Assembly (NCBI RefSeq): GCF_964204645.1
Contig: NC_134031.1
Location: 16,665,807-16,729,806 of the forward strand
Origin: Tubulanus polymorphus
Lineage: Eukaryota > Animalia > Nemertea
DNA: 64,000 bases
Direction of reading: 5' to 3'
In this document: in pieces, positions 11,583 through 26,500 of the stretch
How the letters are laid out: every line of letters begins with the position of its first letter
How positions within the stretch are numbered: the first letter of the stretch is position 1
Translations under genes and position numbers: made by a program
Notes under the pieces: model-generated
What the model was told of the DNA's origin: nothing
The model's database searches: none
The model's input: the letters and a program-made list of their open reading frames with translations, nothing else

Positions 11583-14500
11583 TTAAGTATTTATCATCCG
11601 ACGTCTCAACTGTTGTTTCGACGACGAGCCGCTCGGATACATAACTCGCGTCGTAATCAACGCCGATCCGAGCGCCGTGCGCACGGGAACGTTCGAACCG
11701 CCGGGTAACTGTAACATGACCGTGCCGACGGCGGCGATCCCGTCGTCGGTCGGCTCTAACGCGATCGGCGTCACGTGGAACGGCGATCGTTGCCGATTGG
11801 TCGGATCGGTGTGTTCCGTTTGGGAATGATAGTGGTATAGACTATGCGAGTAGCGGCTGCCGTTCGGAATTTTCGGCAGGCAAATCTTGCGCGGCAACGT
11901 CGGCGAGCTCTGCGGCGTTGGCATGTCGTCCATGAGCACGAGTATTCGCGCGAACGGCCGCGAGGCCATGTTCTCCATTTCCTGCTCGCGGCGTTGACGA
12001 TTGCGGCGTTCGTCGAAGCCCTGTTTGATTTTCCAGAACAACACGCACAGATCGAGAAACAGGAAGAAACAACTGAAGAACACCGAGAAAAACACGAACA
12101 AGTCGATATGCGGCTGATCCTGGCGAAAGAACAAATTGCCGTAGCTTTCGGAACTCGGCGTCATCAACGACTGATCGTCGCCGAGAAATACCTCGAATTC
12201 CTGATTGGGCATCGATTGTTTCGCGAACAAAACGATATAAAAACGCGACTGACGCAAATTATGCACCTTCAGCGGTAAAGTTATAACCAAACGAAATTGC
12301 ACGTCGTTCACGATGAGCAACGAGTTCGCGTCTTCGACGGTGATGAATGTCGTCAAACCCTGCGCTTTATTAATGTTTAATATCGGTCGCGAACTGTTGT
12401 TGAGCGCCGCGCGCTTCGAGCGACGTTTCTTGACGACTTTCATTTTGTGTCGCGCGCACGTCAAACGACAGCTGCTGCTGCTCGGCGCCCAATCGACGAT
12501 GTACATCGGGTCGATGCAGACGCAATGGCCGCCGGATTGTTCGTCGACCAGTACGACGAACGTGTCCTCGTGCGGAGAGAAGAACACGTCGACGGCTGAA
12601 ATATCGATAAATCATTTGACTTATTATCATTTATTTATTAGAATTAATTAATTATTCGATACCTTGGAAAAAATGAAGAATATTTTAGGATAAGCTTGTG
12701 GCAATTGATTTCAGCATATACAGGGCTGCCAACCTCTGAAAAGTGCTATCAGTAACTAATTGAATTTTTTTGGTAAAATTTCGTTGAAATATGAAAGAAA
12801 ATGTTCAAATTAATCAGTAATCAACAGTAAGACCCTCAATTACATCTTTCAAATTTTTCTAAGCATCTAAAAAAACCAATCAGTATTTTTCATTATAGAA
12901 AAGTAACTTATACTGAAAATCCAGAACAGTTGGCAGCTTTGCATATACCGGGTTTGTATACACTTCAAAAGAGTTGAAATAATCAATTTCAAACAGTGGA
13001 GTCTGAAATAGAGCCAACTTCAGAGCCTTATCGAAACAAGAAGATTTATAAGTTGATCAATGATAATAATTTTACCTCCTTTAGAAACGTCGATCGTGAT
13101 TCGAATATCAACGTTTAGATATTTGGGCTGCACGACGAAGAAGACCGTACGATGTAACGACAGAGGAGACGGTTCACGCCCGCAGTCCCGCTGCGTTAAC
13201 GGGTCGAAACAATAGTCTCTATCTACGTTCACTTGTCGGTAACACTGGTGACCGTCGGTCGGCTTGCCGAAAAAGTATTCCTTACAATCCGAGCACTAAA
13301 ACGAAACAGCGAGCAATTCTTACAGTTAGACATTCAACTGGGGCAAAATCCAAGATAAGTCGTAGTTTGTAAACTGTGTAGGAAATACCAGCAATATTTG
13401 AAGTTTATTAACAAAAATTTGTTAAATCAACGTTTTGGGTGGAATGCTTCTACTAATCTTCATTTCGATCTCCAGTTTCACGAAAAACTTAAATTTTTGC
13501 TTTTAATTGGTTACTTCACATTTTCAATGCCAGCATAAATTCAAACGTAACCATTTTAAGCTTAAAATATGTAGAGAATCCCACAATAATATAATATGAA
13601 GTCCGAAAATGTTTCCTGAATATTAGATTCAAGGAAACATATTCAGAATTTTATCTTTTCGTTATTATTGTAGATTCTGTACATCATCATCACAACACGG
13701 ACATCATAGCGTTTTATCAATGGTTATTCATGAAACCCAAGTCTGGATGGGAAGATGGGTAGAAGCATTCTTCTTGAAATTATTCGTGATCAATCTTCAA
13801 TATTGTGTGAATGTTTTATACGTTTATATTCAACTGGGGAAGTTTTATGTGAAGCCGACGAACCTGTTGTTTCTGACAGGGAATACTGCTATCTTTACCA
13901 GTTCCGCATCTTGTTTCGGTGTTGTTCTTACAGCGACAATCCAAACCGTCCTTTTCGTTGCATTCGTTACTGTGACCATTGCACTCACATCTGAAAAACA
14001 TGTAGACTTTAGAATATGCCTTTTCAAAAAGGGTTCTGACATACGGATGAACTTTTTTCAATTCATCAAATCACAGGTCCCCAGAAAATCTTGCTTCATT
14101 TTCCTGAAATTCGGCCTCGAATCAAGTTAGTTAACTTGAGTGAAGCTTAAAGGCATATTTTGAACGAGAACTAACGAAAAGTACCGATGAGAGAATTTGT
14201 CAAATCTACGAACATAGTTTCCTCCAGAACCCCCTAAAAACCGGCATGAATGTTGAACAAAACTTACTTTCTACAAGCATCTGCAGTTTTAGAGTCGGAA
14301 GGCCTAAAATGTCCCCTTTCACAACTCTGACATCGATCTCCGATCGTATTATCTTTACAATTGACGCAAACGACTGAGTCTTCAGTGGCGCCATCTTTCA
14401 CCCATCTAGTCACCTAAAACGATATCGATATTCAAACAGGAGATCGTTAACGGCTTCGGCGAGGATTCGTATTCGACTCTAAATCAGTCGATTTACTTAC

Positions 14501-17500
14501 GCCTTCCAGCGTGAGTGGCAGACTGAGCGTCTGTGAGTCGTTGTAATGCTTCAGAGATATACACACATCCGCGTGTTCGAAACAGTGCGCTTTACACGGC
14601 AAACAATGACCCTTCGCCGGGTTTCCTACGTACAGCGGTTTACATATTCCACATTTAGTACCCTAAAAAGATAAGCCGATAACGTTAACAACTATTCAGT
14701 ACAAACATGTACGAGCAAGCGGTTTGGGCGAGTGGTTAGAGCATTCGACTTAGGGAAGCCAGGTCTTGAGTTCGAATCCCGTATATTACAGTAGTGTCCT
14801 CGGGCAAGACACTTATCCTCATAGCCTCTCTCCACCCAGGAGTAAATGGGTACCTGGCCTGATAGTTGACTCCTGAGTGCCTAGTAGCTGCTCGGATGTT
14901 ACTTCTCCCCAGGGAGAGATGACTGATACATGGAATAGAGTTACAAGCTGTGGGTAATAAAACAAAATTTGGAGCGCATCGGAACTCACTCGCGAGAAAA
15001 GGAAACTGCTTTAATTTTTCCAGATTTCCAGGTAAAGGCCTACCGCCCTGTTCTCGTCGGTTTTACTCACTTTAGTATTGTTTTTACATTCTAAACAAAC
15101 ATCTCTTCGCTGGACGCTTTCACAGTCGCTGTGACCATTGCAGTCGCAAGCCGTCGAACAATTGTGTCCGACGTAACCGAAATTACATTTACAAACGTCC
15201 GGCTCTACGCAAATACCGTTAGGAGCGCAGCCCTGCGAGCACTTAGGTTCGCAGTCCTTATTTCTGAAAAACGAAATAAATCGTGATACCGTGGTGAATG
15301 GAAGTTTTCTGGACAAGGCCCCCCCCCCGATATTGTTTAGTCTTTGTAAGACCGTTGAAGTCTGGGCCAGAGATCAGTCATAAATCTAGAGCGCACGAAT
15401 ACAGACCTATCAGAACGTTTATATCCTCTTTTACATTCGCATCTAAAACCGTTCAGTTTATCTCGGCATTGTTCTTCTTTACGACACGTGTGGTGCCCGT
15501 TCAAACACTCGTTCTCCGCGGGACACGTCGCGAACGACCACGTCGGCGGGCTAACGGCTTCGTTGATCCATTGCTGAACCGATGCTGCGCAAAGTAAAAG
15601 TAACCTATCAGATTTCCTATCTCATCTCTTTATAAAAACTACGAGAAAGTCTCATTCATTCTTTTTTAATATCGATATAGTAGATTGGTGCGGGTAAGTA
15701 GTTCGAGTGTTCCTCTTAGGGATGTCAGGTAATGGGTTCAAAACCTAGGATCCTCAGGCAAATTTCCTCCCTCTACCCAGGAACAAATATCTGGATGATA
15801 TCTGGATGATATCAAATATCTAGATGACTGCCAAGAAATAGGATGTTACATCTCCCTAAAGAGGGAGGACTGGTACAAAGTCAGTGGTATAGGCTATAGA
15901 GGTAACAATACCAATGTTTGCAGTTTGCAGTGAAACAGGCACTTTTAATTTTTAAATGTTCTGAAGCTATCAACATCGTATTATATGATCTTTCATTACA
16001 CAGTACCTGGAAGCGGTTCAGAGCCGAGAGTAATCCAGTTAAATTCGCATTTTCCGACCTTCGGTTGATCGAAGCCACCTTCCATGCACACGCCGATTCC
16101 GTCCAAAGCCTTTAGTTTGCCCAGCGTGCACCAACCGCAGCCCGGCGTGCTGATACAATGCGAACATTGCGTGTGCACGCTGCATTTCGTAGGACACTGC
16201 TTAGAGTCGCTGACTATGATGTGATAGCATTTTCCGTGAGTGCAGTGAAGAGGCAAGAATGCCGGCGGTATACACTGAAATATAAACGCGCCATTATCTA
16301 AACAAGCGCATCAATCACCGTTCACAAGCATATTATTCAGATTTCAAGATCAACTGAATCTTAAAACAGTAAATGTAAAGATGGATAGTACTTTGTATGT
16401 TAACTGGATTCTTTCAGTACTTATGCGTAGGAGCTTCATCAGGTGCATCATGCATTCCTATTTTTGATAAATTCAAGTTAACCTACAATGAACTACCAGT
16501 CTTCACATTTTGACATCAGTTTAACACACATGAAGATGACTATTAGAATATAGTGGAAACGTTGAATGAATTACTAGCTCAAGGAATCATTTCGGATATT
16601 ACTTTTTCATAATTGTTTTGGGATTCTCTATAGATTCATAACACGCATATAGCGTTGTATCAATGGTTACCAGTTTAACGCACGGTTTCTCCGAAACTTA
16701 AACCGATAGCGGAATTTAATCAGAATCTATACCTACCTGTTTCAGAGTCTGACTCCACACGCAACGCTGCCAACCACCTTCACCTCCCAGCGAGTCGAGA
16801 CAAGTCGTGCAATCTTTGTATAAATGACAGCGTTTCGGACAGCGATCGGGCGGCATCGATTGAAACGTCGGGTTTATCTCGATGGTTATATCGCGGAAGT
16901 GTAAACGATCGCAGTACCAATCGTAAATCGGACGACTCGAAAACGTACGATTCACTTCACCTGATACGGGAGAAAATCATTTCCAATCAATACATGGTTC
17001 CCACAGTTGCATAAATTAAAAATTCCCAGGTTTTTCCCAAGTATTTCATGGGTACTTTTTCAATTTTTCCAAATGGAAATGAACAGAGACTATCATGCTA
17101 CAGTCAACATTTTAGTGGTGACTGGTAGATAAAGGTGATTCTCAAGGGAAATTGCTGGAAAAAATTGAATGTTAATATTAATGAATTTCCCAAATATTTC
17201 CCTGATGTCAATACGATCAGCATTTTAACTTTAAATCATCGCTTATTAATCTACCGGTATATCATTGGACGTATCTTGGTGAATTTTTGCACCTCGATAT
17301 GCATCTGCATGAACTGGTGCAATGGTTGGTACCCTAGTTGAAAGAGACCGAATAATCACTATTCACTTACCGGACCATTTAAACTGACGCAGCCACATAC
17401 ACGTTTTGTTTTTGCATTTCTCACAATCCGAGGCTTGACACTTCTGTTCGTAGCACTGTTCCGAGTTGTGAAACTCTTGTTGTTTCTTCGAACATTTATT

Positions 17501-20500
17501 CGCCTCGGCGCAGCTACGATTGTACGCGATGCATTTACCTCCGCAATTACTGCACCATTTACAAACCTACAACGAGTATTTTGAGTTCGATTAAAAAAAA
17601 AAAAAATTTATGATAAGTAGGCGCTACTGGGACTGGTTTTATATACTAGTCAAGCCACGGGTTAACTCAATAACAGATAGACATTGACTTGTCTATGAAA
17701 CCAATAAAGCTCTGCTGTATTGCATAACTCACATTCTTAACAGAAGGATAAATAGGGTAACGCGCTGTACACTCCATGCAGCTCGTGTGCTGCGAACAGT
17801 CTCGAGGCTCAATACGTTCTTTATCACACTTGAACCCTTCGAATATCGAATTGTGACAATTCCTGCGAAAAAAATTACATTCCAATAAGTTTTTGTAACT
17901 TATAAAGACGGGGTATAAATAATTTTAGCAGAAATACTCACAGATCTGTCGGCTTGAACTGATCATCGGTATTGCTGTAACAATAAGTGTGAGCTTTGTT
18001 TTTCAATTTGACGTAACACGACGAACACCCGTTTATGAGGTAACACATGTAATCATTCATCAAAGAACAGAAATCAATCGGCAATGTAAGCTCGACGAGT
18101 CCGCCGTGCGACCGGCCGTCGTATCCTCCGGAAATCAAAATCTTGCCGTTCGCCGTTTTAACCGCTGCGTGCCCGATTCTGGGAGTGAATTTTTCGTGAT
18201 TCTTCACTGAAATAGAGCGAAAAGACAAAACATCGTAAACCGCGACGGTTCACCGTATTTCGGTTCGAATTGTATTCACTCATACCTAGTGTCGTGACGT
18301 CCAGATACACATTGCACGCATAAACGTAGATTTGAATATCAGCCGTGAAATCTTCGTTAACCGGAAAATGAGTGTTCAAATTAGCTTTCGATCGGCCGCC
18401 TAATATCACCATGTACTCGTCAGTGGTAACAGCAGCGTGGAAATATCGCGGTGACTGAAAATATATTACGCAATATGAGATATAAATCACTGCGAACAGA
18501 CCAAATCCCTCTCTCTCCCTAACACCTCTCTCCTGGTCACTCTCTCCTACTTCTTATCTGTCCCTCTATCTTTTACCTCTCCCTCTCCTACTCCTCTCAC
18601 CTTCTATCTCCTATTTCTCCCTCCCTAACTCTCTCTCCTACTTTTCCCTTCATATCTCTATCTCTCTCTTTTAGTTCTCTCTCCCTCTCTCTCCTACTTC
18701 TACCTCCGTATCTCTCCCTCCCTGCCGGTTTCGCGAAAAACCCGATCCGCTTACGCACCTTTTGTTTAAAATTGAAGTGATTGTCTTTCGGAGGGGGCGG
18801 CGACAGTATACTCCATCGGTTATTGCCGAGATCGAGCGCGTACAAACGATCCGACGGTATCGTTTTATCGATTTGGTATTCGTAGCCGCCGTACATGTAG
18901 ATGGCGTTACTAGGTTCGTGATACACCGCAGTATGTCCGTAAACGCCTGAAAACATTCAAATCCACTAGTATCAGATACATGTATATCGTAACCTGCCAT
19001 AAGAATTTTACACAAGGATTTTTTTCTTGAAGGCTGGTAATATTTACCGGTACCCACTTATCTAGCAGCTGGTTACATAAATGTTTAAATGAAGTCTAGC
19101 TCACCCGGCTGCCATTTATGAACTGATCAATTTGTTATCATTTGAACAGCATTTGCGGTGTTGAGAAACTACTGTAAATTTCCTGGGGTAGCCTCTCAAC
19201 CCTGCTTGTAACTGTTTACATGGTTCCCACCAAAGCACCAATTCAAAATTCCCAAGTTTTTACAAGTATTTCATGGGTGATTTTTTTCAATTTTCCCAAA
19301 TGGAAATGGAGCCTTCTTAAAAATTGACTTAAACGTTTTTCCAGTAATCTTGGTACTGTGGGAACCGTGCACTTAAACAATATATCTAAAATGGTAACTG
19401 GGTAACTGGCAGCAGTAGGGTGAATAGTCACTTCCGTTCGAGCATTTCGTAATCGAAAATCTTACCAGTTGGCTGAGCGCCGGTCGTTTCTAATACCCGC
19501 CACGAGTTCGTGCTCGCGTCGTAAACTTGGATTTTGTCGTTGTAGTAATTCTCGGTCGAGAATCCGCCGATTATGATCATTTTCGTGTCGGAAATGAGAG
19601 TCATCGTGTGGCCGGCGCGTGGCTGATGAACTCCGGTCGACTGAAAAATCATCGAATCATAGATTAACCCCTTAACATTCTAATCATTTTTTTTTCGATT
19701 CAATTATCGCAGGGCTTCGTTCAATTGCACAAAATCAATGATTTTCACTAGTTAACCTTCCATGTTCATTTTGAATGAATAGCAGCCACATCTATCGGAT
19801 GTCAGATATACAAAATAACAGCGATATATAATTATGACCAAAATGATTGGGTGGATAGGTTAGACCTCCTTAACCCAATATTCCAACATAAATACACTCT
19901 CAGAACATTTAAGGGGTTAAACGATTGTTATTTACGCATAAGGTTATCACGTACCAATTTCTTTTTCCAGTGATTATTATCAATACTGTACATCCACATG
20001 ACTGCCGAGTTGATAGACTCAGTCGTGTGTCCTCCATAAACAAACATCGACTTCAGAGCTGGAACACAGGCAGCCGCATGGAAATATCTGCAAAATTGAA
20101 ACAGAACTAAAATTTTCATGTATTTTTTTTTAATGAGCAGCAATGAGACTAATGAGACTGCCTAAGTAGTGCCTTTTAGTACCTTAGTAGTTCCTTTTAA
20201 TGAGACTACCTTAATAAGCTCTCTTTATAGCACTTTTCAGCACACAATGACAGTTATTCGTCATCAAAATAATAGTTTAGTTGAAACTGAACTAGAAACC
20301 ATTCCAATATTGAGAGTATTTTGTTGATTTTGGTAGTAATTGAGCTCTCGAAAGAGTAATAACTATTCCCATATTGTATTATTCGTTATCAGGTCTGTAC
20401 AGGTAAAACTTTGCTGAGTAACTAGGACACACCTGGCATGAGGAGCGCCGACCGATCGTAGTTCATTCCACGACCGCGTGAGACTATCAAACTGCCACAG

Positions 20501-23500
20501 GTCTTGTAGTATACCTCGCTGCACCGATATTCCGCCGAACATGTAGAATACCTCGCCGTTGCAGGATATCATTGTGTGCCCCATTCGAGCGAGAGGCGTA
20601 CCGAGATTATCCGGCCAGGCCATACGCCACGGGTCGTAATACGGCTCGACAAACGCCGGCCCGGTTTCGCTACACGCCGGACCGCGGTAATTTCCATTGC
20701 AGACGCACAATCCCAGCGTCTGAAAACGACCGAAATTATCGATGAAAACTAAGGATAATGGTGATAACAATAATATCTATCAGAATCATGATAATAATAT
20801 CTATATAATATCATCAATTGAATCTCGGTAAACAGAAATACGAGATAGACAGGATATTGATGATGATAGAGCTATAAATGCTGTACAATCACTAAGTTCA
20901 GGCCCCTTGGGAAAAATGGTTTAAGTAATAGTGATGAATTGAATACATGATGAATGATGATAAATTATGATAATTGATTTAACGAATAATAATAAAGCAA
21001 TAATAGCAAATAAAGCAATAATGCTCTTCTCATCTCGAATATGAGTTACCTTGTTACAATAGCCGTGACCAGCAGCGTTGAAACAGTTATCGGGACAGAG
21101 TTGTTCGCCGCAGTCGACGCCGCCGTATCCGTTCTTACAGACGCACGACCTTCCCGAGCAGACGCGATTCTTAGCGCAACCGATCGAACAATGGTTCACG
21201 CGATACGACGCATTAAAACCCTGTGTCCAGTTTCCTACAAGCAATTCAACTCTTTACAATGAACTCTTCATACAGATTTAACAGCATCGATTGTTTAGGA
21301 GACTTGAGTCGACTGACGCTTCTAATGCGACAGATAGCACCAAAATAAAGCTTAATTTTCTATGTTTTTTTGAAGATGACCAAAAGCTTGGTACCGGTAC
21401 TTTAGCAAATGGATGAATGAATGAATTTTTTCCAATATGAACATGAGTATGAATACAAAAATTTAATTACATGTTGATTGAAAATTTACATATTTGAGGA
21501 CACCCCGAGCCCTAAGAGCTGTACCTGAAGGGGGATACCCTCCCAGTAGCCACTTAACTATGTTATATATGGACGAATGAATGCAGTATTACAATCAATC
21601 AAAGAAACTGCCAAAATCATCATGCCCAGCATCACTCACATGGAATATTCCACTAACAGTTTTTGAGCAGTGGACGATGATGCCATATTGAATTAAGCGA
21701 ACCAAGGAGCTAGTTCACCCAGTAACATGACTGGAATAACTGGGTCACGAAACAAACGACAGGCATTAATTCAACTTTTTACAACTCTTCATGTTATTTA
21801 TCACTGAATTCTCACCTTGAGAAATATTAGCCTCGAAATAGACCGTGAGCAAGCCGGATTTAGCTTCGACGGAAATCGGTTTCAACAATCCTTGTCCGCA
21901 GAACGCTCCTATTTGAACGGCGTTATTTGCTTTTCCACCGGCGATGAAGTCGGGCAGACCGTCGTACACGTGTACATAATCCTTTAAAACAATAAACCAC
22001 ACAATTCAGCTAACACGTTGAAAATCGATAACAGAAGTTTCGGTTTCATTTCTATATCATACGGTGTATTAAATAATTCTGTCAAATATTTTTGGATTAA
22101 CGTGTACATGTATACCGCATCTAAAAACAAATCTAAATTGATATAAAACTTATGATCCTAAATAGGGATCATAAGTTTTCAGAGCAGAACCATGATAGTG
22201 ATCAAAATAGCAATCTGGGTTATGTTCTTTTACACATATCGAACTATTTAATCTCCTTGCAAAGAATTATTAAACAAGCTTCCAGAAAGTGTCCGATTCT
22301 ATAGGGTTCCTACTTACTGTAGAACATTTGACTTTGATGTCGGTTTCTATTGTGAACGTAATCGAGCTGTTCTCCCTCGCCGACAGTACCCACAGACAAT
22401 AGGCGTGACCCGGATTAACGACGCCAGCTCCTTCGTACGTTCCTAAAGCACCGTTCGTAGAAACGTCCTTCAATAGAGTCCGACCTTCACATTTCAAATA
22501 ACATTTTCCGCCATTCCTAGAAAAAAAAATTCCGGTAAATCAGATATACCGGGTATTGGGAGATTTCAAAGGGAGTGGCTAATATGTAGAAATGAGAATA
22601 CTATAGACTTTCGTCAACGATCCATGGGTATGAATGCTGAAGAGGCAAAATAGTTTAGGGGCCTCTCTGCCGGAATATTTTGAAAAGTTGATAGAAGAAG
22701 AAGTGATATCCCAGCTTTTAGTCATCATAATTTATTCCCTGGGTCATTTTTGTAAGAAATATGAAAATGATCGAAAATAGGAAAATTTAGGAATGTTGGT
22801 GAAATTTTTTGGGGGATTGCTAGTCACCCAAGTCTCTCCATTGTATAACAAACCTGGGATTTCCGTAGTAACCCGGCTGACATCGCTCGCAATGATCGCC
22901 CTCCGTATTGTCTTTACAAAAGCATTTTCCGGTAGCTTGATTGCAGAAACCTTTCTCTTCGACGCCGTGTCCATGACAGTCGCATCTTTTACAGCCTAAT
23001 ACAAAAATAACATGACTTATAAAAGGGCGTATACAGAGTGGCTACATTATTCCTGACAATTCCCTGACATAAAAGCTGTTTTCCCTGATTTGATCTGCTA
23101 AGAAGCTAATCAATTAACGTAGTCAAATACGTAAGACATAGACGGAACCTGTTTGATTTTACACACAATCTAGCAATCTCATCAAATTTTCAAATTTCCC
23201 TGACTTTTAGCTCCATTTTTTAAAAACAAAATTCCCTGACAGAAAAGAAAACTCCCTGATTTTTTCCCTGATTTCCAGGTAAGGGTTATATATGTATTGG
23301 TGAACCCTAAATAATCCCGGTAAGATCAACAGATCACACTGATCTGAATCAAGCAAATCCTACCCGTCGGTATTGTAGCATTGCCGTAGCTTCCGATTTG
23401 GCACAGTTCGCAATGATTTCCGGTCGTCCAGTGTTCGCATCGGTCGCAGATTCCGGTGCCGTTGGTGCACGTACTGTGATTATAACAGCCGCAGTTTACG

Positions 23501-26500
23501 CTACAATTCTCGCCGGTCCAGCCGATTTCACAATTACACATGTAATCCGGTGCGCCCGAACAATTGCCGTTGATACACTCGTAATAGCAACTGAAAATAT
23601 ACCAACGTTACATTGATGAACTGTTCAGGGATGAGAGGCAAGATTCTGACATTTACAGTTTTTAGAACATTTATGAAATTTCACAATGAATCTCTCATTA
23701 TATAACTTATGTGATTTATTGAGAAACTTCATATTTCATCAAAAGGAAGGACTTAAGACGAAAGACCATCGCTGGTCACACGTCTAAACTACTGATTAAG
23801 AGTCAAAAAGAAGGACAAAGACGATGTTTGTCCGAACTTTTTCCAAAAGAAGGACAATTAAGGACTTGGAAGGACCGCTGGAAACACTTATTAAGTGTTC
23901 AAAGAGTTCTAAAGGTATTGGATGATAATGTTGATTTAGACTCACGTTTTTTCGCAAGATTTTCGCCCGTCGCCGGTAAAACCTTGGTTACACGTGCACG
24001 TAAACGATTCGAATGTATTATTACACGTAGCGTTCGGGTGACAGTCGTGTAAATTCAATCGACATTCCTGCACGTCCGGACAGACGCCATACGACCAGGC
24101 AGCCGTCGGCTCCTGAAGGTATGCCGTACACGTTTGATTATTGTATGGACCTGAAAGTAAAATATAAACGAGCAAATCGTCAAGTATTTTTAAACAGACA
24201 TCGATCAGGGTGGTCACTTTTACCCGGACTCCCTGACTATTCCTTGACATGTACCGGTAAGTTATTTTCCCTGACTTGATCTGCTAAGAATCCAATCAAT
24301 TAACACAGTCAAATACCCAAGACATAGACGGAAACTGTTCGATCTAACACACGGCAGAGCAATCTCAACAAATTTCCAAGACTTTTCCCTGATTTTTAGC
24401 TTTTCTAAAAAATTCACCGACTTTCTTAAAGAAAATAAAATTCCTCGACTATTCTCTGATTTCCAGGTACGTAAGTGGCCTCCCCGTCCATTTTTAACAA
24501 ATCACCCGATTTCAAGACCTATCTTGACGACTTCGACGAACCCAACTTTCCCGGAGTATTTGTCTAAAAACATGAACGAACACGCTTACCGGTAAAATCG
24601 CCGCCTATGCACGCTCCGATCGTCGGATTATTAGTGTCGCCGCACCAGCCGCATTGATAATCCGACAAACACGTTTTGCAATTCAAGTGTTGCGAACAAT
24701 CGCGACATTTAATCGTGCTCTCGTAGTCGACCCATTCGGCGCATTCGCCGTGAATATAACGAGGAATGTATTCGGCGAACGGAAAACACGTCTGCAGTTT
24801 ATCGCACCACGTACATTCAGTATTACCCGCTAGGCAAGCCGAACAATTCTTGCGCCTGTGAAAGAAAAAAATTTCGAATTATCGTTCGAACTTCGCCGAT
24901 TTTTTATTTCACAGTTTAAAACGAAGATAAAAGATTTGCGATATTAAGATTCGACAACGTTAATGTGTTACATTGACATTTCGGATGGCTTACTTCAATC
25001 TCCGGGCCGGTTGCATTGTCATGGCTTAAACTTAAGACCAATCTAAGACCAACTTAGTTCTATAGCCAGTCGAACAACTTAAGACCAGTCTTAAGATTTA
25101 AGACCACTTTTGAACTGAAGTCATGACTGTGCAACTGTCCCCTGAGAATCAAGAGATTTTTTCTCAATAAATCTTTGCAAGTGGATAAGATCTATTTTAA
25201 ATATCAGTGTAACAGATTTCACTTGTTAAATCTTTGTACTACGGGCATTTATATAAATTTCGACCGAAATACTGCGTTCTTACATTATACACGAAGCGTT
25301 ACATCGAGCCGGTTCTCTGATCGACGAATCAAATCTACCACGTCTCGTACAGCGAGGATCGTTCGCTAACCATTCACACCTCGGGTTCTGTAAATAAAGT
25401 ATCAAATATGATAAGTAACAAACAACGAACAATAAACCGACGAAAGTTCAGAAATCAACAAGAAACAGATTGTGGTGATCATGAAAGGGTAGATGAATAA
25501 TCATATATACCATTGTATTCACAAAATTTGGAGGGTTCAATAAAGGGATTATTCATTTAAAATAGGTACAGACAAGATCTGAATCTACCAAAACCTCTGC
25601 CCCATGTGCAAAATTGGCCAATTTTTACCGCACTTGAATAAAACTATTGTTACTACGAAAATATCATGCCTACCTCGGTACAAGACTGACAACTGATCAA
25701 CTCGGAACAATCGGGGCATTCACCGGCGTCGAGAATTAAAAACTTGGACGACTTCATCGTTCCGCATTCGCCTTCGGTAAGCGCCGTGCTCTTACGTATG
25801 ACGCACGTGTCGGTAGCTAAACACCAGCCGCACGACGTATCGGTCATACACTTCAAACAGTTTCTGTACCGCGAACAGTTATTAGAGTTGTACGGCTCGA
25901 GAAATTCGGCGCTTATCATCTGCAAATAATCATACGAACATTGAGAATGAGGCGTGTTTAATCGACCAAACTGAGTCCATGTCTCCAGGCGTGGATCTAC
26001 GGCCCCCACCCCCTGCAACGCGGAGAAAATTTTTCTGGACCCTTTGTCTCACACGATTGTGGATGATGACAGTTGACGGTATATCGTTATTGCAACCTCT
26101 GATTCACGTGTGCTCCTCTCAGTACACGCAGATAAGAGCTCCATGAGCCACTTTCGGTATGGGTACACGTGCGTCAGTAACACGCAGGGTCCAGTTTCAC
26201 AGTCCCGAATTAAGATTTAACTCTGAGTTACTTCATCGAAAATGAACTAACTTTTACTCAGAGTAAACTCTAACTCTAACTAACATCTGTGGAACTGGGT
26301 CCAGGTCTCTATAGTAAGAACATGACCAAGATTCGGGGATCGATTATTTTTAAATCTCTTGAAACAAGGATTTATGTGCTTGAAATAATTCATTATGATA
26401 AGTGTCTATATGAACTCGTAGTGAAGCGAATGAAGAAAGCTACAAATCAATTTGTTGAAACCACTGGGAGAACGGGCTTCAATTCCACAGTTGTGAGTTA

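Noticed and set aside
11844-12651. Plus-strand ORFs of 144 and 112 aa, and similar ones at 30261-31295, 47547-48400 and 49283-49742
   Set aside because: They are antisense shadows of GC-rich real exons, with no recognisable domains.
14713-14785. Possible second tRNA gene
   Set aside because: It has A and B boxes but no closed acceptor or anticodon stems, and it continues into a SINE body.
17259-17333. Possible extra MEGF8 cassette exon
   Set aside because: The flanking exons (..QFKWS|GEVNRTF..) already join as in recalled orthologs, and the candidate's phases look incompatible.
23740-23885. Short interspaced repeats (AAAAGAAGGAC), also at 15788-15826 and 20142-20210, as CRISPR-like arrays
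   Set aside because: They are few, degenerate, irregularly spaced tandem repeats in eukaryotic introns, with no cas genes.
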